Assembly (NCBI RefSeq): GCF_001194135.2
Contig: NC_068985.1
Coordinates: 33,713,029 to 33,777,028, forward strand
Direction: 5' to 3'
DNA length: 64,000 bases
Source: Octopus bimaculoides
Lineage: Eukaryota
In this document: positions 49,306 through 63,090 of the stretch, piece after piece
How positions within the stretch are numbered: the stretch's first letter is position 1
Layout of the letters: every line of letters begins with the position of its first letter
The notes under the pieces: model-generated
Databases searched by the model: none
What the model was told of the DNA's origin: nothing
What the model saw: only the letters and a program-made list of their open reading frames with translations
Made by a program: the position numbers and the translations under genes

Positions 49306-52000
49306 GAAGTGAAGTGATGTAATTCTAACCAAGAATTGAAATCAAGTTGTTAAGCTTAACACCATTCAGGAAAATATTGAATATTCCTCTTTTTTTTTAG
49401 ACTGTATCATAGTTCTATCTATACTTACTACTGAAACTAATATGTAATGGTTAAAACAATATAAATGGTAAATAGCAGATGAATGTATGGTTTAAACATA
49501 AACGTTACTTCCAAATAATAATAGTTGCTATTTCGTGACAACACACCAAATTATCAAATCAATCATAAGGCACGTCTAAGATGATCATTAAAGCTTAGAC
49601 ATCTTGAATTCTGTAAATATTTATGTATTAATATAACTTAGAAGTGTTGTTTTGTGTTGGTTGTTTCTATTGCATTAGTTGTGGAGGATTAACAAAACAA
49701 TTTCATTAGTAAATGGAGAAAAAAATCAATAAGCCAAAGCCAATTAAATGAATTAAATATTGCTTCGTGTATTTGCACGCATCAGAATATTTAGCTTAAA
49801 TTTCCATTCTGTAGCAGATAAGGTTCCAGATGGCGTTAGATCAAAATAGCATTTGATATTAAACTACCAGATCTTTGCTAAAACAACTGATATTGGTGAA
49901 ATTAGAATAGCATTCAGAAATATCTCCTGAGCAATGTCCAATTGTCAGTGTTATACATGAATCTCTCTGTAGATGTAATGACTTTTACAATATTGAATTG
50001 TTTTGTACTTTCTTTCCTGCCAGTAGAGCAAAGTAGCTAGTCACTGAACTAATTACCTTACAATATTTACATTTATCACTCAAATCCTGTCAGTGTCAAC
50101 TTTGCCTTTTATACAACTTCCAAAGTCAATGAAATAAAGTAACAGTCAGGTATTGGAGTGGATTTAATCAATAATATTAGAGTTGTTGCATAACCCAAAA
50201 CAGAGCCTTACAGATCCACTTCCATCATATTCTTAGCAATAAAGCTAGCATAATCACCACAGGCCCTTCTTTAGATGTAATAGCACCTCATAAAAAGAGC
50301 ATTTTTATTTCAACAAAATAATGTACTTCTCTCTTTCAGCAAAAATTTGATATTGCATAAAAGTAATTACTTTATTATATACAATAACAGATTGATGGCA
50401 AACAAAGGAAAGATTTCAACTCTCCTATCAATGAATATAATGTAGAACCTACAATCTTAATCCTATTATTACTCTATTTCTGTGAAAATAAGCAGTTAAT
50501 TTTGAAAACAATAAAGAATTTTGTAAAATAACTTTGTTTTTATTAAGCTGATATTTGGAGCCTAAATCAACATGAAATTTTGACATAAAGTTTTAATTTA
50601 GATCATTTTAAAAAATTAAGTTTGTATTAAAAAACCAGGGGCAATTTCTGGCAGGTTGGTGTCCAAAAGGCTAAATAAGGAAAGGGCACATAAGATAATG
50701 TAGTCCTAGATCTAAATAACTCTTAAAAGGCAAAATAGTTTTAGCTAGAATGACTTTAATCATAAGTCTGTTCAATCAGGGTCGACTTGAAGGTACACAA
50801 AAACAAGTGTAGACATGTACACAAATGTGAACTTTTCAATAGCAAAGGTTTACCAAGAGAATTTAGATTTTCATCCAACCCATAAATATCTCTCTCTCTC
50901 TCTCTCTCTCTTTCTTTCTTTTAATATTTCTAGAGATAGTAAATTGCCAGAACTGTGAGATAAAAATTCCTGGCAGAATTTATTCTGACACTTTTCTCAG
51001 TTCAAATCACTACTAAAGTCGATTTTGCTGTTGATCTTCCTAAGGTCAATAAATAAAATATTCGTCTAAAGTATTGGATTGATGAAAACATTATTGTATT
51101 AGAGGAAATACATTGTAGTATTTATTCCAGTTCTTTGTGTTCTGAGATCAAATTCTGTTGTTGATTACATGAATAGTAGAGTTAATCCATCACCCAGTTT
51201 AACACAACCACCTGGTCTTTAGGTACCCTTAGCAGAGTCCACTCTGTTGCAAATATATGGACCTCTGGTTTGGGGATACCTTCTTTCTCCCTTCAACCAG
51301 TCATGGAAGCTCTGTAAAGCATGTTGGGCACTACTCTTCCTTCCTGACTAAAACCTTAGGAAAAAAGTAGGGTTCCTAAAATATCAGACAAGTGAGTTAA
51401 TTCTTCATGTCCTATTATTGGTGCTGTATTGCATCCATAACCAACACACTTAACTCTCGCTATCACTGTCTACTTTTCAAGATAATCAAACCAAATTTTC
51501 ATCATTTCTAGCCACTCACCCAATGAGTATTTCTGCTAAATTTGGTGAAAATCCGTTCTGTCGTTTTCCAGTAATTTTGCAAACACACAGACAAGCAAAT
51601 GAAGCCAAGTGATTACCATACCCTGCTTTCGAAGGATAAAAATAAGAAGAAATAAGAAGAAAAACATCTTCGCTGGCTGCACAAACTAGCTGCTTATAGT
51701 GAAATTGGAGACGTATACTCGATAGTCACCCACAACTTATGTAAAAAATTTTATCTTAAAAAATGTTTATAATACATTGACCTACTATTGTGCATGTGTT
51801 TTTATGCGTCTGGGTACACATTTCCAAGGTGTCTGACCGACTGACCACTTATCAGCTTGTTATTACTTATTCACATGAAAGCTGTTATTTTGATATTGTA
51901 TATGAGAGAGTTATTATAGTTTTAATATAACTGAAATAATTAACAAGAAAAAGAAGAAAGAAAACTGTTTTGCAGTAACTTTTTGTTTACGCCATCAAGT

Positions 52001-52309
52001 ATGTGGAGAAAATTACTTTTAAATTGTATCTCGTATTCAGGTTACAAGAAGTTTTATATTTCCAATTTAACTACATTTTCATATGGCAACAAACTATATT
52101 CAAACTATATGCGCCTAAGTTCGAGTTATGATACAAGTCGTCTAAAACGTAACACATTCCCTAACAGCTGTTGTTATATATCGAATCTCTCAAACTCCCC
52201 AACAGCTATCACTAATTATGAAGAAGAAAGAAAAACATTTTCTGTTAATGTACCAGATTTCTTTAATTTTACTTCGGATGTTATTCAACATTGGGCAACC
52301 TGCCAAAAG
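52001..52309 (+). CDS. ACSM3: Acyl-CoA synthetase medium-chain (ACSM3-like), first coding exon (103 codons, probable mitochondrial presequence)
   Basis: ATG at 52001; ends TNYEEERKTFSVNVPDFFNFTSDVIQHWATCQK, resembling the ACSM N-terminal motif (PEYFNFAKDVLDQW in human ACSM3, from memory). Donor AAG|GTAATC, phase 0. Upstream acceptor TTTTGCAG at 51975 suggests a further 5'UTR exon. Symbol is a family-level call. Confidence 0.85.
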
Positions 52310-52706
52310 GTAATCAATCAATTTATACTTTATTTTTGTTGTTTAGCATTTAATGATTCAGACGTTCTAGTCGTGACCCTATCGCCTTATTTTCTGACAT
52401 AATCTATTTATAACAATATTACCAAATGTATTCTTGTTGTGGTTGCTTAAATATATAAAAAAGTTCAATACCGAAATATGAATTGAAGCTATAGAATGGC
52501 TAAAATTTCAGGGAAGAATATGGTCCTGAGGTTTATACCTCGAATAAGTTTGGAGTGTGATTCCACGCCGTAAACATTGCTCCATGAGAACCACATATAT
52601 AATTACTTTTTTAAGATGGTAAAATGTGATTTGAAGTAGATTTGGCTGCTATTTCAAATAGATAAAACATTCGCATTGAGGACCCATACACCCCGTTGCT
52701 TTAAAA

Positions 52707-52807
52707 GCGAAGGTAAAGAATACGTACACCACCCGTTTTCGGCGTAACAAAAGCCTTAATTCTAACTCTAACCCTAAACACGGGGTGTACGTATTCTTTA
52801 CTTTCGC
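52707..52807. mobile_element. Small inverted-repeat element (MITE-like) in ACSM intron 1
   Basis: About 32-bp arms GCGAAGGTAAAGAATACGTACACC... / ...GGTGTACGTATTCTTTACTTTCGC; the spacer holds CCTTAA TTCTAA CTCTAA CCCTAA. Confidence 0.7.
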
Positions 52808-53404
52808 CGTCTTATGTATACATTATGTATGCTGATAATAATCCTATGCCAATGTGGTTGTTTACGAAGTCGCTCCGCCACCCTTGAATCGCACACCACA
52901 ATGTTGAAGGCACTAATGTTTACATACCGCATGATAAAAAGATTTGGTGGTCTTATTCCATCAAGGCTAAACAACACCAGTTTACGGGATATTAAGAAGG
53001 GGATAAATCAAACATTACTCGCGAAATGTTGCTGTTTTGTTCTTTATTTTAGTTTGAAAATAGTTGTAAATTAACAACAATTAAATTGATATACTCTAGA
53101 TACTAACACAATTACTTTTTTATTTTTATTTTAACAAGTTAAATTAGAATGTACATTCTATTGTGTATTTTTCTCCTGGTAACAAGAACATAGTATTTCT
53201 TCAGAAAAAAAATTATAGTGCTGAACAACAGCAAAACATTCCTTTCGAAGAAAAAAAAACTATAGTACAAGTAATACAGACGCATTTAAAGTTTGACCTA
53301 TATATAATTTTCGGGAACCGCGTATTTCAGCATCTGAAACAAACATTTTAAAATGTAAAACAATATGTGATGATACGCAAAAATATGCAGCTTTCTAAAT
53401 TCTC

Positions 53405-53608
53405 GTCTTACTTTAAAGGCATTCCAACAATAACCATCCTGTCTTTTAAAAACATTCCAACCGAGACCATCCCATCTTTTCAAAATGGTTTAACTGTGAC
53501 TGTCTTGTCATTTTCAAATCGTTCCGACAGTGTCTGTCTTGTCTTTTTAAGAGCATTCCAGCTGAGACCATCCAGTTTTTTCAAGAGTATTCCAAACGTG
53601 ACCATCTC
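53405..53608. repeat. Degenerate minisatellite, about 33-bp unit x6
   Basis: Recurring GTCTTTT.AA.A.CATTCCA....GACCATC unit. Confidence 0.65.
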
Positions 53609-53698
53609 ACTCATGTCTGAGTTCCAATACCACCGAGGTCAACTTTGTTGGTTGCCCTTTCAGGGTCAATTAAAGTACCTGTCAAGTACTGGGTCAAT

Positions 53699-53834
53699 CA
53701 GGGCCAGCTCAAGGTACCGGCAACTCGGGCAGTCGCCCGGGGCATCAAGGAGGGTGACAAAAACAAAAATAATACTTGTAAGGATGCCGAAGTTCTGCTT
53801 TCCCTGGGCGCCAGCAATCCTAGGGCCAGCCCTG
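53699..53834. mobile_element. hAT MITE inserted in a family B SINE (about 53610-53900)
   Basis: TIRs CAGGGCCAGCTCAAGG / CCTAGGGCCAGCCCTG; 8-bp TSD GGGTCAAT (53691-53698) / GTGTCAAT (53835-53842); removing it restores the SINE. Confidence 0.8.
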
Positions 53835-55630
53835 GTGTCAATGTAATGACCTAGCACCACCCACTAAAAAATTCTCAGCCTTGTGCCAAAACTTGAAAAG
53901 TTTGTTTTTTTTCCAGGCCAACCAAAGCCTTGTGAGTGGGCTTGGTTGATGGAAATGGTAAGTAGCAGCCATATGTATATGTGTGGCTTTTAAGCTAGTA
54001 AGAAAATATATCTATACCACAAGATGATGTGCTTTGGTTTAACAATTGTGTCACAGCATTTTATTTTTCATAAAACACAGTAAAATATTTTTGTGATCTA
54101 ACCATTCTATGGCAACTATTCCTAGATATGAGTTACTTTTACACCACTCAGTCAGTAAATACTTTTTTGATTACTTTTTGGAGCTAAGTACTTTTATCTT
54201 TGTTGCTATTATTTTTATTTAAACACAAGTCAGCTATAATCAAAAGAGATACCTGTGATCAATAGTGCTCCATTTGTGACCGTTCCATCTTATTTTCAGA
54301 CTACTCTATCCAGTGTGTTCTCTCCTTCTTTAAAATAGTAGGGTGTGATTTGAGGGAAAGTTTGCTGGTATTTCCAGCAAGTCAAGCACCTACTTAGAGC
54401 CTCCCACATTGGTACAGGCTTCTTAACAAAGTAGCTGGTCCTTAAAGGTTAGTTTTAATATATCTTCAGCATTGTAAAGTATATAATTGGAAGTAGTAGG
54501 AAGAAGTTCATTATATAGTCAGACATGTATTAAATGAATGACAGATTCTTGTTTGATTGCATATATTACAATAGCGAAGATTGTCTGGTCTTTTTTCAAA
54601 ATACAAGATTTCATTATAGTCTCTTTGGTAAAATATATTGTTCAACTTGTCTCAATTTATCTTACAGTTATAACTTTATGGTAAAACAACTGGACACATA
54701 ATTCAGTGAGTTAGATGTTCTTTTGTAAAATAATAATATTAGATTTTTAAACACTATTCTGTCTACTATAGAAGCAGAAAGGGGAAAACACCTAAAGAAA
54801 ACTACTTAAAAAGAGATATATAATCTTGTAAAACAAAAATTTACCCCCAGTTCGATTCAGGTATGTGATGTTAATAAGTAACAAAAATAGCGAAATATTG
54901 ATATCTATCACTCCTGAATGGGATTAAGGGTGAGTTGTCTTGCCTGGCTATGACTTGCAGTGTCTCAATAGCCAGCACTTTGAGGGTGTCATCCCCATTA
55001 CACTAAGCTGCAATGTACCAGCAAACAAGCAAAATCCATACATTGAGTATGTGTGGTTGATAATGTTTTCAATACTAGTGCCGCTTCTAATTCATATTTG
55101 AATTTAATTTTATGTATGCATTGTCATAGTAAACCAGCAAATGGTTTTACACTATTTATATATAGTCATAGGCTGGTGATTCAGCTCAGCCCCAGTTCGA
55201 AATCATTTATGTCACTAGATTCCATTCAGACAAACATGTGCATAAGTTTGGAAGGAAAAAACTTTCATTTGGCTAGCCATGTATAGTTAATGTGAGGGAG
55301 GAATAGGTCACATCTTTTAGTATACAGATTCATAGGCTTCTATTTCATTGCTTGAGATAACGAAATAATCCCTAAAGTGTACTGATTTGACTCATTAGAA
55401 CCAGTATTAATCATGATTCTAGTCAACTCTGAATACATTGCTAGTAATATATATTTTACAGAATATTTTAAAATTAACAAATAATAATGGAATTTTTTTT
55501 ATAAAATTGAGTCAGGGACCAGGTTAAACATCACATATGCTGAATCTGGCCTGTGGCATATATGTTTGATAGCTTGGAACTAAAAGCATATTTTTATACT
55601 AAAAATATTCTCCCTCAATTTTTTTGTCAG

Positions 55631-55731
55631 GATGATGAAAATCCCACAAAAGCACTGGCATTTTGGTGGGTTGATGACAATGGTCAAGAGATTAAATGGA
55701 CATTTAAAGACTTGATAAAACTAACAAACAA
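55631..55731 (+). CDS. ACSM3: ACSM3-like exon 2: DDENPTKALAFWWVDDNGQEIKWTFKDLIKLTN(K)
   Basis: TTTTTGTCAG acceptor and GTAAGT donor; phase 0 in, phase 2 out. The AFWW..NG.E..W.F..L motif is characteristic of ACSM enzymes. Confidence 0.92.
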
Positions 55732-56474
55732 GTAAGTTTTTCCTAATTCACTGTTTTGTATATTTTTTCGTTTTTACGTATATATATTGTATTTCTATTA
55801 TTGTTGTAGTCTAGAAATTTAATGTTGTTAGTAGTTTATAATTTTTTTATGCTGCTCATACAGGTGAAATTCCATTATAATGAATCCTAACAGATTATTT
55901 AGTATAATATATTTTTTCAATCCCTTGCCACTATCCTTTTAAAAGGGTTTTATCTCATTCAAATTCATGATAGTAAATATTTCCATACAAAACAAACCTG
56001 TTGTAACCAAAATTCCTCCTATCAACAATAAAAAAAAAAAGAATTTTTAAATATACATTTAAAGTCAGATATATTATCCAGTTCTTGGTCGAAAAAAGAC
56101 ACAGTAGAACCGTTAAGAGAACTACCAGTTACTAAGTGTCAAATGGATGGACTACATGTGGTCAAATTGACCAGCTGGAAAGTAATCTGTCATATACTAT
56201 ACTTATTATTTTAAAATTTCACTTCACATTGTTTTCTCGTTTTAATTTTGGTTCATATTGTCTTTTGAAAAAAGACATAATCAATCATAGTTTGAATGCT
56301 TTCAACCTTACAAATGTGAGAAGAAACCATAGATAACAATGTGATAAGCACAACTGAAAAATTTGAAAGAAAAACCCTCTGCCCCTTGGAGTGCTTTTCA
56401 TTCTTAGTTTGTTTTTTTTTTTTTTTCAAGAACATATTGTTCATATGTACCACTAAATGTCTGCTTTTGTGTTG

Positions 56475-57258
56475 GAGATATGCTGTGCTTGAGAAGACCT
56501 AACAAGCCATGTGAGACCATAGTCAATGACCTATGCCAGTGGGTGTAACCAGCCCACTTATGAATACCCCTCATTCAGTGGACAATAAACTTTGCTTGCG
56601 AAGACCTATTGAAGCAAGTGAAATCAAAATCGCTGATGTGGCCGATGACAGTACCACCTGGTTGGCACTCATGCCAGTGAAACATTAAAAGCACATATGA
56701 ACGTGGGGTTTAACCGGCCCACTTATGAGTACCCCTCATTCATTGGACAATGAACTTTGCTTGCGAAGACCTATTGAGGCAAGTGTAAATAAATCAAAAT
56801 TGCTGATGTGGCCGATGACAGTGGAATGTTAAAAGCACATCCAAGCATGATCATTGCCAGGGCCACAGATTGGCTTCTGTGCTGGTGATATGTGGAAAGC
56901 ACCATTCAAGCGTGATCGTTACCAGTGTCGCCTTACCGGCACATGTGCCGGTGGCACGTGAAAAACATTCGAGCATGGTCATTGGCAGTGCCACCTGACT
57001 GGCTTCCGTGCAGGTAGCACATAAAAACACCTTTGAGTGTGGCCATTGCCAGAACCGCCTAACTGGCCCTCATGCCAGTGGCACGTAAAAGCACCCACTA
57101 CACTCTCGGAGTGGTTGGCATCAGGAAGGGCATCCAGCTGTAGAAACTCTGCCAGATCAGATTGAGCCTGGTGCAGCCTTTGGCTCACCAATCCTCAGTC
57201 AAACCGTCAAACCCATGCCAGCATGGAAAGTGGACGTTAAACGATGATGATGATGATG
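56475..57258 (+). mobile_element. RTE LINE 3' end with internal tandem duplication, in ACSM intron 2
   Basis: Homologous to 17911-18569; the segment near 56550-56650 is repeated near 56715-56822; (GAT)n tail. Confidence 0.85.
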
Positions 57259-60200
57259 TATCGAATAATAATTAGTGTAATAAAAAAGCAATCAGTCAAT
57301 CTAAATCAAATATAGTAAACTCATTAGTCGCAAAAAACTGAACAATTATCTAAATGTAAGTTCTAATTTTTTATTTTATTTTAATGCACCTTACGGGTTG
57401 AATTGAATAACTACTTAAATCTTTTTAAATAAAGCAAAAAAACGTGTCAAAAAATAAGGTTATAGTGGGGGAATAAACAACTGACAAATATCTGTTTAGT
57501 CACTTGACAACACCTTACAACCAAACTGTTTGTCATTCAAAATGGCATGATGTCTCCTAAGCACGTCCATTGCATTAGACAGATGCAGTGTTACCAGAAG
57601 AAAAATTTCTGTTGTAACATGGAACACATTTTTTATATAATTTTACTTATGTCTAATGAGTCCTCATTACCCCCAAGAATTTCATTTTTACCCCACTTGG
57701 GGTAATTTACCTCAGTTTGCTGACTCTTGAGGAAGAGGAATATGCAGCTAGCTCATTCAAAGAGGCAAAGGCTATTGTAGTAAAGGTAAAAGAAGTAGAG
57801 AGAAGAAATAGCACATCTGCAAGCTAGTGGGTGTAGCATGTCTGTGAATGAACTCTTGTCACTTGATCGAATGATCGTTTTGATATGATTTAAAATGTTT
57901 CTTTGTATGTAGTAGTAACAGTACCATCCCAGATGCAGGAATAGTACTTCAATGTATGATATTTAGTTCAGTTTTGTAGAGCGTCAACAATCAAACAAGG
58001 CCGAGGTATTTTCTTGTCCTAAAGAGGAAGCTTAGTTTTTTTTTGACACAGTTTTGGTTAATGTATGTAAGATCACCTTGAGAAAATTTTAGAGATTGTG
58101 ATGACTAGCATTTGTTGTTGTGGTTTTAAAAGTTTTAACTGTGAAATGAGAGGAGATCCCTACTCATCTATCTATCACTTGTCTAACTGCAATATTCTGT
58201 TGTTGAAATTAAATGCGAGCAGAACTATATATTTCATTGCCATCTTTTTCTGTAAAACTAATTATCTTTCTCACTGCCTGGAACCACATCACTTGACAAC
58301 CATCCTTCTTTTTTTAACATTGTCCCTCTCCACTTACATTTTATGATGATTACTCCTCCATGCTACCAAAGTATCTCTTCTCCCCTGTACCACTTCCTGT
58401 TCACTTGCCCCTATTACTATACATCTTTCACTCTCCCTGCACTTTATATCTGTCTCTTCCTTCACACACTTACAATCTATCCACCCATACATCATCTCCC
58501 TTTTACACATCCTCCCCTTGTTCACTGTATTATCATTGTATTATTATTACTATTCTACTGCTCTTCACTCCTCTCTGTCCTGCCAGTCATCACCTACTTC
58601 TTGAAATGGGAAACATTTCTATTTTTGTGATTTTGTAAGAGACAAGATTGGTATGTTTTCATTGAAATATGTCTCTGTTCATGGAGGCAGTGCTGGTCTG
58701 AATTGAGGTATTTATGTCATATGTGTATGCCACCAGTATATGTCACAGAAGAGGAATGAAGAATGGTATCATCTATGTAAGAATATGTAATGTTTGAAGA
58801 GCTAGCAAGAAAATCAGTAATGTTTGGATGAAAGATTTTGAAAGACATACGTCAACTCTAGTATACCCTAAAGCACAATCATTTATTTCTTAATATGTAT
58901 GGATGATCCTTTCTAGCGAAACATCTCCTAAGCTTTACGATTTGAATCCAAAAATTAAAAAATTTTTAATTAAACTTTTCATTTATCATTTTGTTTGAAT
59001 TATTGTAGCATCTGGGTAACTGGAAAAAGGAAGACATATTAGTTTTTTAAGTTATGTTTTTCTCCTAGAAACATTTATGGAGTAAAAATTTACATGAAAT
59101 TAATCTGTTATACTTCATAATTTGATAAATTAAAGTTTTCCAGTAACCTTCTTGTTTAAATGATAAAGAATTTAATCAAGATTTTTCCCTCTTTCAATAT
59201 TTCAAATTTCTTTGAACAGGAAAATGAGAAAAAGAGAAAGTTTAATTCTTAATATTTTAAAGCTTTTGTCAACTGACTGGAAGGCATATAAATTAAAAGA
59301 GCTGTTAAATTGCTTCTAATGATTCTGCCATTCATATTGAATTAATAGTTTTGTAAAGAATTTCAATTTCAAAACATTTAAAGATTATGAAATTATAATA
59401 TTAGCTGTTCAGTTGATACAAAGATTTCATATTGTGATAAAGGACTGCACATAATATTTAATGCAAATAATCTGAAAGGGAAAATCAGGATAAGAGCCAG
59501 AAAATTAGTACATGAGTAATTGACTCTGACAACCAAAGGGTAGCTAGTTAAATTAAATCCTTTTATTTGTGGAAATTCCACAAAAAACTTTAAAATTAAT
59601 TCCCTTAAATAATTTGGACATTTTTCCATAAGAATAAGTATTTTATTTAATAACTAATTTAATAACTAAATACAAAATTCCACTGATTTTATTTTCATGA
59701 AATGGAAACAATACTTTTTTGCTGGATTTTAACTATGGCAATAAGTGATGAAGTAGGAATTATGTCTAAACAGGGCCTCTAAGAGAGGTGTTCAGCTGGT
59801 ACATCAGTCCAGAGCCAGAGTGTCAAGGAAGTATCTGATGGGCTTCTCCCTAAACATAATAAAACAGCCACCCAAGTCACAGTTCTCTTGAAATTTGAGC
59901 AGATTACACACACACACACACACACACTCTCTCTCTCAAATAATCCCAAGAGCATTGATGTTCCACCTTTTGAAGTTTCTCATAGAGGTCCTATGCAAGA
60001 ATATATTCTTTCATTTATTTTCAAAGTAAAGTTACCATTTCACACAAGAAAGACATCTTGATAAAGGTTATAATTATTATTGTCAATCTAGTGAAGCAGA
60101 CTCTACGAAGTGACTAAAAGAGTCACAATGTGTAAATGGTTGGGAGCTCAGGATATGTATCTTATGTATTTTTGTTCTAGAATGATACAGCATTTTATGT

Positions 60201-61988
60201 AGTTAAAAAAGTATCTACTCCACCATCCATCCACCCCACCTACATACACTTTAGCTACTCTACAGATTGCAAAGAAAAATATTGCACGAGAAGGAGAGTG
60301 TTCAACTCACTATAACACCAAAATAGCACTGATTTGAGAATGCTTGCCCATCAAAGCAAAACTGATTCTGAAAGCATATGTACAAATCAAAGCCCAATTC
60401 ATCCATCAAACTTTCCTCACCCCACCCACTCATTTGTTTATTATTAATCCCTCTATCGCTTATCTAACTGCATATTCTGTTGCTGTAATTAAAAAAATGC
60501 AGAACTATATATTTCATCATCATTTTTTGTGATACCAGTTATCTTTCTTAATGCCTGGAACCACATCACTTGACATCCATTCTCCTTTTACTCCTCTCTG
60601 TACTGCCAGTTATCACCCACTCTTCCCTACGCTCCCTCCATCTCATGTTTATCATCAACCACTCCTCATTCCTTTTTTACCTCCCACTGTATTCACCTTC
60701 TGCCTACCTCGTTTCTAATCATCCCTCACTCTCCCTATACACTCTTGCAACCTCTTCTCACATTTCCTGTTCTTCTGTCCCCTACTCACTTCTATCCACT
60801 TGGTACTCTGAGGGCTCACACTGACCCTTCATAACCACCATCTTTATCTTTGTTTCCAGTCCCACCCTAATTACTCTTATCCACTCTATAAGGAGAGTAG
60901 CTATGTATCTCTTCTACAAGCAATAAACTTGTTCCGGCCCACTTCTTTCATAATTTAATCTCTTATCGCATAGCATAAAGCTGCCCACATCTCATCTGTA
61001 GTCAGAGTGTCACACATTTTTAATTTTAATAAATTCTTTCTCGTTAAATTAAAATATCTTTTTTATAAATCATAGCAACATGTATAGGATGTAGAAACTG
61101 CATATAAATCAAAACTTGATTACACAGAGAAATTTTCAAATTGCCATCACAAATAAGTTCCTAATACTGCATATATCTAATTTAATCTGAAAGAATTTAA
61201 TTTATTTTTATTTAATCTTATTTTATACCTAGCTGTCCTTCAAAACACTGGGAAATACACTTTGACCTACTTTTGGGTCAAGGACTCTCAGTTTCATCCT
61301 GAGACCTAAGGTTGAGTTGAGGTCAAACATGAAGTATTAGGAACTTATTTGTGATGGCAATTTTGTATTCATGCTTGCATTTCTATCTTTAAGGGACCAT
61401 ATGAATGTGCTTTAGCTAGTGTTTCATCCTATTTTCATTCTATCCTAAACAAATCTAAATGGTTTTCCAATCTGACCTTGAAATTTGTCAAGCAACTATA
61501 TAAAACTATACAGAAGTGGAAATTTCCTTCTAATGTAATCTTACATTGCTATACTAAATTTTTCCCCATACATTCAGCATTTAAGGGACAAATTTTATTT
61601 TTTCTACAACTACAAACATTTTTTCCTTACTAATCCTCCCTATGTTAGAGGGACTAGAACTTGATATCTTCCTTGTTTCTGTATCTATTGATCTACTATT
61701 GATTACATTTTTGCTATTATCTGAGGGTTTCTATCCTATTATACCTTACAATTGCTATATCCAGTTTAGTTTCTGTAGGAATTGTGATAGTCATCTCTCC
61801 TCCACTGCCTGCCTCCATTCAGGTGCTCGTTTCCCTGCAACTGTATTTAATTGTAGTATTTAGGATCCTTCAAGGCTGGCTATTTATTTCTCTGGCTCTA
61901 GGTTGCTACCATGAGGAGTACTGCTATTACTATTATTTCTGATAACTACTTTATTGCTATCTCCAGCACTCTGGAATTCAGATATTCT

Positions 61989-62079
61989 CCTAGTATTATG
62001 TATCACTATAATTTGTGTTAGGTTGTTGCTTGTAGAGAAGGCTAATCTGACATTGTATCTGTTAAAGATTTTATATTTG
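61989..62079 (-). mobile_element. Penelope-like linker remnant
   Basis: KYKIFNRYNVRLAFSTSNNLTQIIVIHN parallels KVFNRHTLRVSFSC of the 10.5-11.5 kb PLE. Confidence 0.5.
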
Positions 62080-62658
62080 TTCGATTTAGGCAGTCATACC
62101 ATTCTCCGTATTCATTGTAATTGTTTTGGATTTACACTCCCAAAAATATTCATAATCCAGTGAAGCGAACCCAGGATTTACCCATTGGATCAGCTACAGT
62201 GAGACTGCTCACCATAACTAATCCTAGATGCTCCTTACTACTTGATGCAGTTAGCCTGAACCCAGACTATACCCAAGTACTCATCCATTTTCCATGATGG
62301 CATGAGCTGGGTGGATTTACAGAAGTTGACCAGGCTCCATTTGTCTGTTTTGGCATGGTTTCTGTGATAGGATGCCCTTCCTAGCACCAACCACTTTACA
62401 GAGTGTACTAGGTGCTTTCAAAGTGGCACTGGCATGGGTGCTTATTTCTTTTGTAAGAAATACTTGACGCAATCACAATATTTGAAGGCCGATGTTTTTT
62501 TTTAAATCTTACAAAAGAGAATGACTCGAAACTTTTGGATTGAAAATTCTGTAATATGAAAACTTCATTCCAAAAGGTTCATGTCATTCTGTCTCTCTAA
62601 GATATTATTCAAAATAGTTAAAAACTTTTAAGACATTCTTTCCCCACATACGCACGCG

Positions 62659-62707
<49 letters not shown>

Positions 62708-62736
62708 AAAACTTAATTAATCTTTTATTTTTTTAG

Positions 62737-62849
62737 AGTGACCAATATTCTCCAGGTTTCATGTGATCTTCAAAAAGGAGATTGTGTTATGATTATTCTT
62801 CCACGAATCCCAGAATGGTGGCTGCTAAATCTTGCAGCTTTTAAAGCAG
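62737..62849 (+). CDS. ACSM3: ACSM3-like exon 3: VTNILQVSCDLQKGDCVMIILPRIPEWWLLNLAAFKA(G)
   Basis: TTTTTTTAG acceptor and G|GTAATC donor; phase 2 in matches exon 2. LQKGD.V.IILPRIPEWW is the AMP-binding domain start typical of ACSM. The gene continues beyond 64000. Confidence 0.93.
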
Positions 62850-63058
62850 GTAATCTTTGTTTTCTTACAATGCATTTAACATTTTTTTAAATTTCTAACT
62901 GTGATTTGAACTCTTGTTGAGAATCTGATACTAAAAACAGAAATGATGATAAATTGTTTGTTTTACTCAAAAGCATTCCATGACCATTTCTGTTTTAATG
63001 AGGAACTGAAGTTACTGATTACAAGTGTTTCATTATAACTGTGTGTATTTTGTATGCA

Positions 63059-63090
<32 letters not shown>

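Noticed and set aside
49740-49955. Protein-like minus-strand stretch (RDSCITLTIGHC… / NIKCYFDLTPSG…)
   Set aside because: Needs a frameshift, has no convincing donor and no recognisable homology; compatible with chance.
51340-51650. Possible Helitron-like end upstream of ACSM
   Set aside because: No clear subterminal hairpin or CTRR end; family unassigned.
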